IMG/VR virus record: IMGVR_UViG_3300036846_000555
Coordinates: 58,350-122,349 of that record
Source of the DNA: a virus
Length of the DNA stretch: 64,000 bases
Reading direction: 5' to 3' (one strand)
How positions within the stretch are numbered: position 1 is the stretch's first letter; every line of letters starts with the position of its first letter. The translations under genes were made by a program, and so were the position numbers. Positions 45,186 to 53,523 of this stretch are shown here, piece after piece. Under the pieces are notes generated by a model. The model was not told the origin of the DNA. It searched no databases and saw only the letters and a list, made by a program, of their open reading frames with translations.

Positions 45186-45373
45186 TGGACGAACCGAAAG
45201 ACCAGCTCGCCGTCATGCGCGCCCAGCTTGACCAGATGATCGCGCTCATGCCCGAGATCGCGCACACCGCGCGAGCCTGGCACGAAGCGTTCATGGCCGA
45301 AGGGTTCGCCGACAGCCAGGCGCTCTACCTCACTGCCGCGGAGATCCTCCAGAACCCCGGCTCCGCGCCCTGA
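45185..45373 (+). CDS. Hypothetical protein
   Basis: TGATG coupling; GFADSQALYL. Confidence 0.6.
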   Translation: MDEPKDQLAVMRAQLDQMIALMPEIAHTARAWHEAFMAEGFADSQALYLTAAEILQNPGSAP

Positions 45374-45609
45374 TGACCGACATCGCCGCCCTCTCCGACG
45401 TCGAGTTCGACCGCCACGTCCAGGAGAAAGCGCTGGCGCACCTGGAGGCCTGCCTGGAAGCCGAAGACGACTGGGAGGCCGTCAGCCCCGCATACGCCCC
45501 GTTTGACGGCTGTTACACCTGCATCGTCCGCGAAGTGCTGATGGTCGCCTGGGACGAGATGTGGGCGCGCGCCCAAGCCGACGCCCGCCGGGCACTCGAC
45601 ACGAGCTAG
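45373..45609 (+). CDS. Hypothetical protein
   Basis: TGATG coupling; CYTC. Confidence 0.6.
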   Translation: MTDIAALSDVEFDRHVQEKALAHLEACLEAEDDWEAVSPAYAPFDGCYTCIVREVLMVAWDEMWARAQADARRALDTS

Positions 45610-45677
45610 CCGAAAAGCTCGCAACGTGCGGTAAGACGCCGCGGCGCGGTCTCGACCGATGGCGTACGATGCGAGCG

Positions 45678-45968
45678 ATGCCGCTGTCGAAGATGACCGG
45701 GAAGTCCGAGGAGCCCGGCGACCGGCTCGGCCGGATCGCCGCCGCCATGCTCAAAGCAGGCGAGGACCATGTCGAGTCCCACGTGGACGACAAGGTGATC
45801 ATCATGCTCGACTCCGGCGAGACCGGCATGCTCGCCCACGGCGGCTACGACCGCGAGCAGGACGGCGCCGACGCGTTCGTGAACCTGCTCGCGCACCTCG
45901 ACGCGCTCGCGCAGGCCAACGGCATGCAGCTCAGCTTCATCCCGATGGCCGAACCGGGACAAGGCTGA
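45678..45968 (+). CDS. Hypothetical protein
   Basis: Codon bias; start uncertain (45669 or 45678). Confidence 0.55.
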   Translation: MPLSKMTGKSEEPGDRLGRIAAAMLKAGEDHVESHVDDKVIIMLDSGETGMLAHGGYDREQDGADAFVNLLAHLDALAQANGMQLSFIPMAEPGQG

Positions 45969-45970
45969 CC

Positions 45971-46282
45971 GTGCCGAACTGTCCACCGCACTACCTCTGC
46001 ACGTTCACGCCCCAGCAACGCTACGTCGTGACCCGCCACCTCGGCGAATGGTGGCACGGCACCGGCGGGCTCGTCGTCGCCATCATCGCCGTCGTCGCCA
46101 TCGCCGTCGTGCTCACCACCGCCGTCGTGTTCGCCTACAACTCCCGCGAAGCCGGACGCATCCGCGGCGAGCGCGAAGCCGAACGCCAGCACAAGCTCGC
46201 CATCGAAGAACAGCGCACCATGCAGGCCGACATGGCCAAAGGCAACCCCGACCTGCTGCGGGCCATCCGCGCGAACCAGTGA
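45971..46282 (+). CDS. Membrane protein (1 TM + coiled coil)
   Basis: LVVAIIAVVAIAVVLTTAVVFAY. Confidence 0.6.
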   Translation: MPNCPPHYLCTFTPQQRYVVTRHLGEWWHGTGGLVVAIIAVVAIAVVLTTAVVFAYNSREAGRIRGEREAERQHKLAIEEQRTMQADMAKGNPDLLRAIRANQ

Positions 46283-46476
46283 CCGACGGCGAGCCCGACG
46301 TGACCGAATGGGAAGCGTTCCTGGAGGAGGCGCTCCGGATCCCCGAGCCCGCCGCCGACAAGGACCGCAGGCTCCGTCAGCTTCAACGCGACATGCTCAC
46401 CGCCAACCTCCCACCCGGCGCCGACGCGCTGCTCGCCCGCACCGAATCCGTGATCGCCGCCCTGGAGAACCGATGA
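46279..46476 (+). CDS. Hypothetical protein
   Basis: GTGA coupling. Confidence 0.5.
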   Translation: MTDGEPDVTEWEAFLEEALRIPEPAADKDRRLRQLQRDMLTANLPPGADALLARTESVIAALENR

Positions 46477-46955
46477 CCGCCTGCCCTGACTGCGGCGTCG
46501 ACGACGCGCTCGGCCGCCACGACCCCGCCTGCGCGCACGCCATCGCCATCGACCTGCCGCGGCTCGCCGAAGGCGAAGACCCGATCGCGCCGCACGAGGA
46601 CGATGACCCGCTCGCCGAATCCGGCTACGACGGCCCACCCTCCGACACCGTCTCACCCAACCACCCCGCCTACCAGATCCGCGACGAGCCCGGCGACATC
46701 CAACGCGCACCCGACGAGGACTACGTCGCGCGCCAGCGACCCGACGGCCAGTGGGAGCCCGTACCGCGCAGCCAGAACCCCGACGCCGGGCTGTACACCG
46801 GCCTGTGGATCTCCTACCGCGGCGAACGCGACGACGGCAAGTTCGACGCCGTCGTTTTCGCATCCGAACTCGACGCGCTCCGCCACGCCGTCCGCGAGGG
46901 CTACAACGTCCATCCGCTGGAACTCGGCCGCAGCCTCCGCGAGCAAGTCCAGTGA
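46473..46955 (+). CDS. Hypothetical protein
   Basis: ATGA coupling; CPDC. Confidence 0.55.
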   Translation: MTACPDCGVDDALGRHDPACAHAIAIDLPRLAEGEDPIAPHEDDDPLAESGYDGPPSDTVSPNHPAYQIRDEPGDIQRAPDEDYVARQRPDGQWEPVPRSQNPDAGLYTGLWISYRGERDDGKFDAVVFASELDALRHAVREGYNVHPLELGRSLREQVQ

Positions 46956-47025
46956 CCCTCTACAAGAACAGCATCGCCTGGCGGTTCGTCATCTTCGACG
47001 ACGGCGCCTGGGCGTGGATCCGGCA

Positions 47026-47655
47026 ATGGCGATGAGCGGCCACGAACACACCCGCGCGCACATCCACATCCGCATCCACCCCGGCCTGCTCCGCGCCACC
47101 AAGGCCCGCGGCGAAGAACACGACCTCGGCGTCCCGCAAATGATCGAATGGGCGCTCGCCAACCTCCTCGACATCCCGCCCTACGTCGAAGGCGCCGGAC
47201 AGCCGCTGTCGCTGTGTCCCGATTGTGAGCACGCGCTCATCGTCAACAACAACTGCCCCAACTGCGACTGGCACGCCATCGGCAAACGCGACACCCTCGC
47301 CTACAACAAAGGCACCCGCCGCCGGTTCTACGACCTCACCGACAAGCACGGACCCGTCCCCGACCACGCGCCCGACCTCGACCACTGCTGGACCTGGAAC
47401 GGCCCGACCGACCACCAAGACCGCCCCATCTACATGGTCACCACCCGCTTCCGGCTAGCCCGCACCCTCGCCTGGGAGGACACGCACGGGCCGCTTCCCA
47501 ACGCCCGCCAGCTCATGACGATGTGCGGCACCCCGACCTGCATCCGCCCCAGCCACCACACGCCCGTCCGCGTCACCTGGCACGACTACAAACCGGTGAC
47601 GGCCAGCGCGCGCGCGCTGAACCCCGACCCACAACACCCTAACCACACGCAATGA
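47026..47655 (+). CDS. RHH-like + Zn ribbon + degenerate HNH_3-like domain
   Basis: HIHIRIHPGLL...; CPDC..CPNC; CWTWNG...ARTLAW...CGTPTCIRPSH. Confidence 0.6.
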   Translation: MAMSGHEHTRAHIHIRIHPGLLRATKARGEEHDLGVPQMIEWALANLLDIPPYVEGAGQPLSLCPDCEHALIVNNNCPNCDWHAIGKRDTLAYNKGTRRRFYDLTDKHGPVPDHAPDLDHCWTWNGPTDHQDRPIYMVTTRFRLARTLAWEDTHGPLPNARQLMTMCGTPTCIRPSHHTPVRVTWHDYKPVTASARALNPDPQHPNHTQ

Positions 47656-47849
47656 GCGAACCCCTCCTCATAGCACTCATCTGGGGCTTAGCAGTCATCC
47701 TCGCGCTCATTCTCGCACGCCTCATCCGACACCGCCGACACCGCCGCCCCGCCTGCATCACCGAATGGCAAGCCCGACAGAACGCCGCACCGCTCACCAA
47801 CGCGTTCATCGCCCGCCACACCCGCACCGACTACCCCCGCAAACCATGA
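47652..47849 (+). CDS. Small membrane protein
   Basis: N-terminal TM helix. Confidence 0.55.
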   Translation: MSEPLLIALIWGLAVILALILARLIRHRRHRRPACITEWQARQNAAPLTNAFIARHTRTDYPRKP

Positions 47850-48097
47850 CGCCCGCCAGCCGCAAGAAACCCGCCAAGACCGAACCCGCCAAACCCGCCG
47901 CACCACGCGGCCACAGCACCGACAACTATCCTGGCGCGCCGACCGACCCGACCGACCGGCTCGCGTACATCCGCCGCCGCAACGCGCTCATCCAAGGCGT
48001 CGACCCCGACACCTACATGACCCTCATCCAAGACCAAGACCGCCGACGCCAGACCATCGCCCAACGAGACCCGACCGGAGCCCGCAACCACACATGA
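47846..48097 (+). CDS. Hypothetical protein
   Basis: ATGA coupling. Confidence 0.5.
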   Translation: MTPASRKKPAKTEPAKPAAPRGHSTDNYPGAPTDPTDRLAYIRRRNALIQGVDPDTYMTLIQDQDRRRQTIAQRDPTGARNHT

Positions 48098-48351
48098 CCC
48101 AACCGTTCAAAGTCATCTGCACCATCAGCATCGCGTTCGACACCCCGAGCTACCAATCCGCAGGCGAGAAGCTCGACCAGATCGACCGCAAGCTCACCAA
48201 GATCCTCGACGGCCACGGCCACCACGAGATCACCGGCTTCCAGACCCGCCCCTGCAAAGCCATCCAGTTCGAACGCCGCCTCGACCACGAAGACCAGGCG
48301 ATGATGGCCCAACCCGAGATGCTGCCCGGACCCGAGCCCAGCTACCGATGA
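48094..48351 (+). CDS. Hypothetical protein
   Basis: ATGA coupling. Confidence 0.55.
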   Translation: MTQPFKVICTISIAFDTPSYQSAGEKLDQIDRKLTKILDGHGHHEITGFQTRPCKAIQFERRLDHEDQAMMAQPEMLPGPEPSYR

Positions 48352-48812
48352 GCCACCCCAACGACCCGATCCACCAGCTCATCGGCAACAACAACGCGCA
48401 GGACTGGGCCCGAGCGTTCATCGACATGCTCACCGAGCAGGAAGGCGCAGGCGCGCAGCTCCCCGTAGACGAAGGCACGATGATCGGCTGGTTCGCGAAC
48501 GCGATCATGACCGGCTACGACGCAGGCGCCGAATACGAACGCAAACGCGACCTCCTCGACAAGATCCGCGAGATCGTCTTCACCGCCGCAGGCGCCGCCA
48601 CCGGGCCGCTGCTGGAAGACAACCCCGACTACACCTTCCCGTCCCGCCGCGTCAAGGACGCCGTCGACCACGCGCTCATGGAGTTCGGCATCCCCGTCGA
48701 CCCGCCCGAGCCCGAGCCCGCACCATCAACGCTCGCCCGCGCCATCCACGACGAACAAGCACCACCCGACCCCAAGCACTCCGCCTACCACAACCCGCCG
48801 CCCGCAGCGTGA
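48348..48812 (+). CDS. Conserved phage hypothetical protein
   Basis: NAQDWARAF...DEGTMIGWFANAIMTGYD. Confidence 0.7.
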   Translation: MSHPNDPIHQLIGNNNAQDWARAFIDMLTEQEGAGAQLPVDEGTMIGWFANAIMTGYDAGAEYERKRDLLDKIREIVFTAAGAATGPLLEDNPDYTFPSRRVKDAVDHALMEFGIPVDPPEPEPAPSTLARAIHDEQAPPDPKHSAYHNPPPAA

Positions 48813-48937
48813 CCATGCTGCTCGCCGCAGGCTTCGCGACCATCACCGCCATGAGTCTCACCATCCGCCACCACCACCGCCGGATCCGCCGCACGCTTGA
48901 CCGCGTCGACCGTCGCCTTGACCGGATCCGCGCATGA
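48809..48937 (+). CDS. Small membrane peptide (42 aa)
   Basis: GTGA coupling; hydrophobic N-half, basic tail. Confidence 0.45.
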   Translation: MTMLLAAGFATITAMSLTIRHHHRRIRRTLDRVDRRLDRIRA

Positions 48938-48939
48938 CC

Positions 48940-49140
48940 ACTGTGGGGCGCAGCCCGGCAGCGGGCGGCGTCAACGAAGACGCCGCCCGCCACGATGCCC
49001 GGCCGTGTGCCAGCCGGGCAGCCCCAAGTATCGCCCCGCCAGCAGGGCGATGGCCAGATGGGAACTGGCTAGGCGCGGGTAGCGGGAAGGACCGACGCGG
49101 GGCTGGCATACCGTCGCCGGTGAACCGCCCCGCGCTCCCA
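48940..49140 (+). ncRNA. Candidate structured RNA element
   Basis: Five or six perfect stems in 200 nt, see findings. Confidence 0.35.
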
Positions 49141-49145
49141 GGCCG

Positions 49146-49319
49146 ATGACCAGACCAGAGCCACCGCTTCCGCCTCAGTGGGGCCTGCCGAAGCCACCCG
49201 CTCAGGAGCGCGACGAGGCCATCACCGAGCTAGCCCGAGCAGCGACAGAGGTGCTCCGCGGGGAGCTGCCCGAAGCGATCGCCGAAGCCCTCCGCGCCTG
49301 GACGCGCGCACACTCATGA
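49146..49319 (+). CDS. Hypothetical protein (57 aa)
   Basis: Own translation; coupled to next gene. Confidence 0.45.
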   Translation: MTRPEPPLPPQWGLPKPPAQERDEAITELARAATEVLRGELPEAIAEALRAWTRAHS

Positions 49320-49645
49320 CCACCACCACGCACCAGCACAAGTGGACCACCACCGTCCACCTCGACGGCTGCCACTACTACACCACCACCGCCACCTGCC
49401 GCTGCGGCGCCGTCCTGTCCATGACCAGCGAACGCAACCCGCAAGAGGACCCGTACTCACTCATCTGGATGGAACCCAAGGTCGAACGCGTCACCCGCGA
49501 CGAACGCGGCCGGTACTGCACGCCGCGGTGGGTCGAACGCCCGTGTGAACGTTGCCAGGCGTTACAGGCAGGCGCCCAACCCAAGTTCGATCTTGTCATC
49601 ACCGACAACCGCGGCGAGATCCTCCGCGAAGAGCACCATGGCTGA
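49316..49645 (+). CDS. Hypothetical Zn-binding protein
   Basis: HQHKW...CRC...CERC. Confidence 0.6.
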   Translation: MTTTTHQHKWTTTVHLDGCHYYTTTATCRCGAVLSMTSERNPQEDPYSLIWMEPKVERVTRDERGRYCTPRWVERPCERCQALQAGAQPKFDLVITDNRGEILREEHHG

Positions 49646-49898
49646 GACCTGCAGCGCCTGCCACTGCCGACTCGTGTGGGCGGTCACCCCGACCGGCGCC
49701 CGCGCCCCGATCGAACGCGACCCCGACCCGGACGGGAACGTGCTGATCCTCGACGTCTCACACCTCGGCCTGATGGCCGTCACGCTCAGCAAGGAAGGCC
49801 TGCAGCTCGCGCGTGATCACGGGCTCCCGCTCCGCCTGAACCACTTCGCGAGCTGCGAGTTCAAGGAGCAGTTCCGCCGCCAGAAAGCTCCGGCGTGA
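49638..49898 (+). CDS. Small Zn-binding protein
   Basis: CSAC...W...P..DGNV...HFASC. Confidence 0.65.
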   Translation: MAETCSACHCRLVWAVTPTGARAPIERDPDPDGNVLILDVSHLGLMAVTLSKEGLQLARDHGLPLRLNHFASCEFKEQFRRQKAPA

Positions 49899-49981
49899 AC
49901 TGGCAGGGCTGGGCGTTCATCGCGCTGCTCGTCGTGCTGCTCGGGCTCGGCTACTGGTACTGGTACACCAACCGACCGTAA
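49895..49981 (+). CDS. Tiny membrane peptide (28 aa)
   Basis: MNWQGWAFIALLVVLLGLGYWYWYTNRP; GTGA coupling. Confidence 0.5.
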   Translation: MNWQGWAFIALLVVLLGLGYWYWYTNRP

Positions 49982-50001
49982 CGCGCATCATGTGGTACCC
50001 T
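49980..50001 (+). promoter_or_regulatory. Variant dyad promoter
   Basis: AACGCGCATCATGTGG-TACCCT, followed by 150-nt structured leader. Confidence 0.45.
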
Positions 50002-50158
50002 GAGCGCGACCAGACGCGGCGGCCGTCAGGTGCGCGGAACGAGGCAACCGAGGGACGCTCCGGTTGAACCCTCCCAGGACTCCGGAGCGCGGACGCCGGT
50101 CCGCGACCCCCGCCGATCCCGCGGCCGCCGCTCTGGCCTAAATCGACCGAGGAGACCG

Positions 50159-50389
50159 ATGGCCTATCTGAAGATCACCCGCTACGGCTGCCGACCGCTT
50201 GGCTACGGCCCGCTCGCGCTCGGCGGCGAACCCGTGCTCGCATGGCGGCACATCGCCACCGGCATCCGAGTGTTCACCTGCCCCGAAATGCCCGGGTTCG
50301 GCTGGCACATCGAGGGCGACGACTCCGACGCGTTCTCCAGCTCGCTGCGCGCCGTCGCCGCCCGCCTGGAACGGAGGATCCGAGCATGA
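50159..50389 (+). CDS. Hypothetical protein
   Basis: CGACCGAGGAG SD. Confidence 0.65.
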   Translation: MAYLKITRYGCRPLGYGPLALGGEPVLAWRHIATGIRVFTCPEMPGFGWHIEGDDSDAFSSSLRAVAARLERRIRA

Positions 50390-50604
50390 GCGAACTGAGC
50401 CGCGACAAGCTGTACCTGTGGGCGCTGCTGCGCATCGCTCGCGGCGACCCGACCGGCGACCCGGAGCTGGACGCTGCAGGCTTCAACAAGCCGGTCAGCG
50501 ACCCGTCCGCGCTCGCTGAGGCCGCGCTGCGCGGCGAGGAGGAGATCGTCACCGAGAGCTGCCCGGTGGGCCTTGACCGCGCGATGATCATCTTCTCGCC
50601 ATGA
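50386..50604 (+). CDS. Hypothetical protein
   Basis: ATGA coupling. Confidence 0.55.
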   Translation: MSELSRDKLYLWALLRIARGDPTGDPELDAAGFNKPVSDPSALAEAALRGEEEIVTESCPVGLDRAMIIFSP

Positions 50605-50912
50605 CCGACGCTGACCGCGCCGACCCCGACGAGCACATCGACCAGGATGACCCGCGCTACGACGGCTTCCGGATCCGGGAGATCTGGGCCATGACCGCCA
50701 TCGCCCCCGACAATCAGGAGGCGCTGCTGTGGGTCGAACCGCACGACGCTAGGCCGTTTCACCTGTCGCCCGGGCCCGCGTTCGCATCCGACGCGCGACG
50801 CCTGAAGCATCTCCGCGAGTACGCGAAGGCGCAGGCGGGTCTCTACGGGATTGAGGTCCGGATCCGTCACTTCGTGCCCGCCGCCGATGACGGCGAGGTG
50901 ATCACACCGTGA
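50601..50912 (+). CDS. Hypothetical protein
   Basis: ATGA coupling. Confidence 0.6.
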   Translation: MTDADRADPDEHIDQDDPRYDGFRIREIWAMTAIAPDNQEALLWVEPHDARPFHLSPGPAFASDARRLKHLREYAKAQAGLYGIEVRIRHFVPAADDGEVITP

Positions 50913-51229
50913 GCACGCCCGACCACTACGACCCGACCGCGGCCGAGCACGACCCGCCGCTCGCGAACGGCTGGTTCGCGATGAGGATCCAGTGCGACCG
51001 GCACCTGACCGCCGGGGATGTCAGCGACGCCCTGTACGCGCAGTTCGAAGCCCGGCCCGGGTTCACCGCATCGGTCGTGAAGGTCCGCGAGCGGACGCAC
51101 GACCGGCTCAACGAGGCCCGGGTGCTGCGCGAGGCGCTGGAACGCATCGTCCGCGAGGATCACGCGGGTGGAGCGGGCTGGATGGCGGAGATCGCGCAGG
51201 CGGCGCTCGACGCGGCCGATGAGCCATGA
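50909..51229 (+). CDS. Hypothetical protein
   Basis: GTGA coupling. Confidence 0.55.
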   Translation: MSTPDHYDPTAAEHDPPLANGWFAMRIQCDRHLTAGDVSDALYAQFEARPGFTASVVKVRERTHDRLNEARVLREALERIVREDHAGGAGWMAEIAQAALDAADEP

Positions 51230-51390
51230 CCGGCGAGGAGCTGCTGGAACGCATCGACCGGACGGTTCGAATGATCGTCGAGCTGGACCAGCCCGACCTG
51301 TCTGAGGATGACCGCGAGACGCTGATCGGGCACTTGACCGGCGCCGTGTTCGTCACGGTGTCGAAGCCTTCCGCGACCGACGAGGCTTGA
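51226..51390 (+). CDS. Hypothetical protein (54 aa)
   Basis: Own translation; ATGA coupling. Confidence 0.5.
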   Translation: MTGEELLERIDRTVRMIVELDQPDLSEDDRETLIGHLTGAVFVTVSKPSATDEA

Positions 51391-51504
51391 CGCCGGGTCT
51401 ACGATTCGGCGCGAGAACGCTGCACGCCGGATCGCCGGACGTTGAATGCGCCGGGCGAGGATGGAAGCGGCGGGATCCCATCGCGAATACAGTCCTCTCG
51501 CGTT

Positions 51505-51568
51505 AGCACGCGATGTGTGCTAGACTGTGGGTGGAGGCTGAGAGCCTCCGATTCCCGACCGAGAGGAG
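51505..51568 (+). promoter_or_regulatory. Dyad promoter-hairpin-SD cassette
   Basis: AGCACGCGATGTGTGC-TAGACT; GGAGGCT/AGCCTCC stem; CCCGACCGAGAGGAG. Confidence 0.75.
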
Positions 51569-51573
51569 CAAGG

Positions 51574-51792
51574 GTGCCGAGCACAACCGAGCGGCTTGCT
51601 ATCGAGCTGCGCGCCGAACGCGCTCGCTTGATCCGCAGCCAGCACGCGCTGGCGGCGGAGATCAACCGCTACTACCCCCGCGTGAGCGCTGGGTCTCGTC
51701 CGCTGGGCGAGGCGCAGGCCTGCGCCAGAGCGGAGGCCAACACGCTGAGGCTGCGTGAGATCAAGGCCGACCTGGAGCGGCTCGGAGGATGA
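51574..51792 (+). CDS. Hypothetical protein
   Basis: GTG after cassette. Confidence 0.6.
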   Translation: MPSTTERLAIELRAERARLIRSQHALAAEINRYYPRVSAGSRPLGEAQACARAEANTLRLREIKADLERLGG

Positions 51793-52025
51793 GCTACGAG
51801 CGGATCACGTACCGGCCCGTCGGCGCGACCCGGTCACGGACAGTCATCCTCCGCGACGTGCGCGAGCTGGACGCGGTGCCTGCGGTCACCGGCATCGAGG
51901 TGAACCGCCACGGCGAGACCGTCGCTCCGCGCGGCGTTGACGAGCGGCGGCACATCATCGCCGTGGAGCTGATCTCCCGGCGCCGGGAGCTGCACTGGGA
52001 TCTGCACTACGGGGTGCTGGCATGA
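51789..52025 (+). CDS. Hypothetical protein
   Basis: ATGA coupling. Confidence 0.6.
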   Translation: MSYERITYRPVGATRSRTVILRDVRELDAVPAVTGIEVNRHGETVAPRGVDERRHIIAVELISRRRELHWDLHYGVLA

Positions 52026-52180
52026 CCGTGACCCCGAGGATGATCGAGGCGGCCGCGCGCGTCATCGCGCACAGCGAGGAGTTCAACGCCGAGCTGTGGC
52101 GCAAGTACGCCGCGGTGGCCGAGCGCGCCGTGAGGGCGGCGCTGGAGGCTGAACGTAAACCCGACCGAGGAGCAGCATGA
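52022..52180 (+). CDS. Hypothetical protein (52 aa)
   Basis: Own translation; ATGA coupling. Confidence 0.5.
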   Translation: MTVTPRMIEAAARVIAHSEEFNAELWRKYAAVAERAVRAALEAERKPDRGAA

Positions 52181-52182
52181 CT

Positions 52183-52230
52183 AAACGCACGACGTGTGCT
52201 AAACTGTAGGTAGGACCCCGACCGAGGAGG
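52183..52230 (+). promoter_or_regulatory. Dyad promoter plus SD
   Basis: AAACGCACGACGTGTGC-TAAACT; CCGACCGAGGAGG. Confidence 0.75.
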
Positions 52231-52237
52231 AAGTGAA

Positions 52238-52381
52238 ATGGACAAGCCCGTCTACTACGACGAACGCCGCCCCGCATCGCGCGGCAAGTGGGTCGTGATC
52301 GAGCGATCCGGGTGCATCGTCGAGCACATCGGCTACGCCACCGAAGCAGAGGCCCGCGAGGCCGCCCGGGGGAGCGCATGA
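52238..52381 (+). CDS. Hypothetical protein (47 aa)
   Basis: ATG after cassette SD. Confidence 0.55.
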   Translation: MDKPVYYDERRPASRGKWVVIERSGCIVEHIGYATEAEAREAARGSA

Positions 52382-52689
52382 CCAAGCCGCCGGTAGACAC
52401 GTTCTGGATCGGTGACGAGCCGATCAAGTACACGGTCCGCCGGACCGAGGGCACCATTGAGCGCGGCGCGGGCGTGACGATCGTCCGCTGCGAGGGCAGC
52501 GACGAGGACTGCCAGCAGGCGCTGCTGGAGATCCGGCATGACGGCGACACGCTGCGGCTCGTGCAGGTCGACGGTGACCTGGACGCGCGGAAGGTGATCG
52601 CGGCTGATCAGCACTCGGCGTCGTTCGGCGGCCGGACTCGTCCGCCGCTGAACATCTGGCGCCGCGTCTGGAAGGTGGCGACCGGATGA
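52378..52689 (+). CDS. Hypothetical protein
   Basis: ATGA coupling. Confidence 0.55.
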   Translation: MTKPPVDTFWIGDEPIKYTVRRTEGTIERGAGVTIVRCEGSDEDCQQALLEIRHDGDTLRLVQVDGDLDARKVIAADQHSASFGGRTRPPLNIWRRVWKVATG

Positions 52690-52922
52690 ACCCGCGCCTG
52701 CAGCGAGCCATCGACAGCGAGACGGCCGATCTCGCGCGCATCACGGCGAACATCACCCGGGCGTGGGAGAACGGCCTGATCTCGGAGCATGACCGCGATG
52801 AGCGGATCGCCCGCCGGGAGCATTGGACGGAGGGCCGGATCGCGCACCTGAAGGGTGAGAGGGCGCCGCGGATGCGTGAGCGCCAGCCGCTTGACGACGA
52901 GAACGCCGGGCGGGTCGGATGA
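52686..52922 (+). CDS. Hypothetical protein
   Basis: ATGA coupling. Confidence 0.5.
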   Translation: MNPRLQRAIDSETADLARITANITRAWENGLISEHDRDERIARREHWTEGRIAHLKGERAPRMRERQPLDDENAGRVG

Positions 52923-53185
52923 CCGAGCGCTTCAGTTCGGCGCAGCGCGATGCGCTGACCTGGCTGAGGGGCGACTGGCCGGACACGCCCGGCTTCAACG
53001 GCGCGACTCGCAGCACGCTGGTGGCGCTGGAGCGCCGAGGCCTGGTGCGCTGGGTGCTGTGGGACAGCTCAGAGACCGGCCCGCGCCCGTACTGGGTGGA
53101 GCCGCTGGACCCGTCGCAGTGGACGGATCACTACGGGCCGGTGCTCACCCAAGAAGGCGAACGCGTAGCGCACGACGTGTGCTAA
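52919..53185 (+). CDS. Winged-helix-like hypothetical protein
   Basis: SSAQRDAL...TLVALERRGLV...LTQEG; stop inside promoter motif. Confidence 0.55.
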   Translation: MTERFSSAQRDALTWLRGDWPDTPGFNGATRSTLVALERRGLVRWVLWDSSETGPRPYWVEPLDPSQWTDHYGPVLTQEGERVAHDVC

Positions 53186-53219
53186 ACTGTAGGTGTAACC
53201 GAGAAACCGACCGAGGAGG
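53167..53219 (+). promoter_or_regulatory. Dyad promoter plus SD
   Basis: AGCGCACGACGTGTGC-TAAACT; CCGACCGAGGAGG. Confidence 0.75.
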
Positions 53220-53223
53220 ATGG

Positions 53224-53523
53224 ATGAGCTTCTTCTACGACGAAGAGCTGCCCGCCGGATACCAGGACGCCGACATCGAGATGGCTGAGATGGAGGCCGA
53301 GGGCCGCCGGATCGCGGCTCTGCACCGCCGGGGCGTCTGCACGCACGGCGCCGGGCTGGGCCACAAGAGCCCGAGCATCTACGACGCGGCAGCGATCGCG
53401 GGGATGCTGGAGCGCGGCCGGTTCGGTAACCGCGGCGGGTTCGCGGGCGAGCAGTCCGACATCGGCGAGGGCCGCGTGCTCTGCACCGACTGCGGCATCG
53501 TCCAGGACGACCGCTTCGCATGA
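53224..53523 (+). CDS. Hypothetical protein with Zn motif
   Basis: After cassette; CTH...CTDCG. Confidence 0.65.
   Translation: MSFFYDEELPAGYQDADIEMAEMEAEGRRIAALHRRGVCTHGAGLGHKSPSIYDAAAIAGMLERGRFGNRGGFAGEQSDIGEGRVLCTDCGIVQDDRFA

Noticed and set aside
49070-49095. Partial resemblance to c-di-GMP-I riboswitch segments (GGTAGCGGG..ACCGA; also GGCAACC..GGGACGC at 50043)
   Set aside because: Required GCAAA/GNRA-receptor elements and P1/P2 arrangement are missing; short matches are expected by chance.
16450-53220. Dyad repeats as CRISPR or attC arrays
   Set aside because: Spacing is irregular (hundreds to thousands of nt, whole genes between), copies embed -10 hexamers, and no integrase or cas gene is present in the window.
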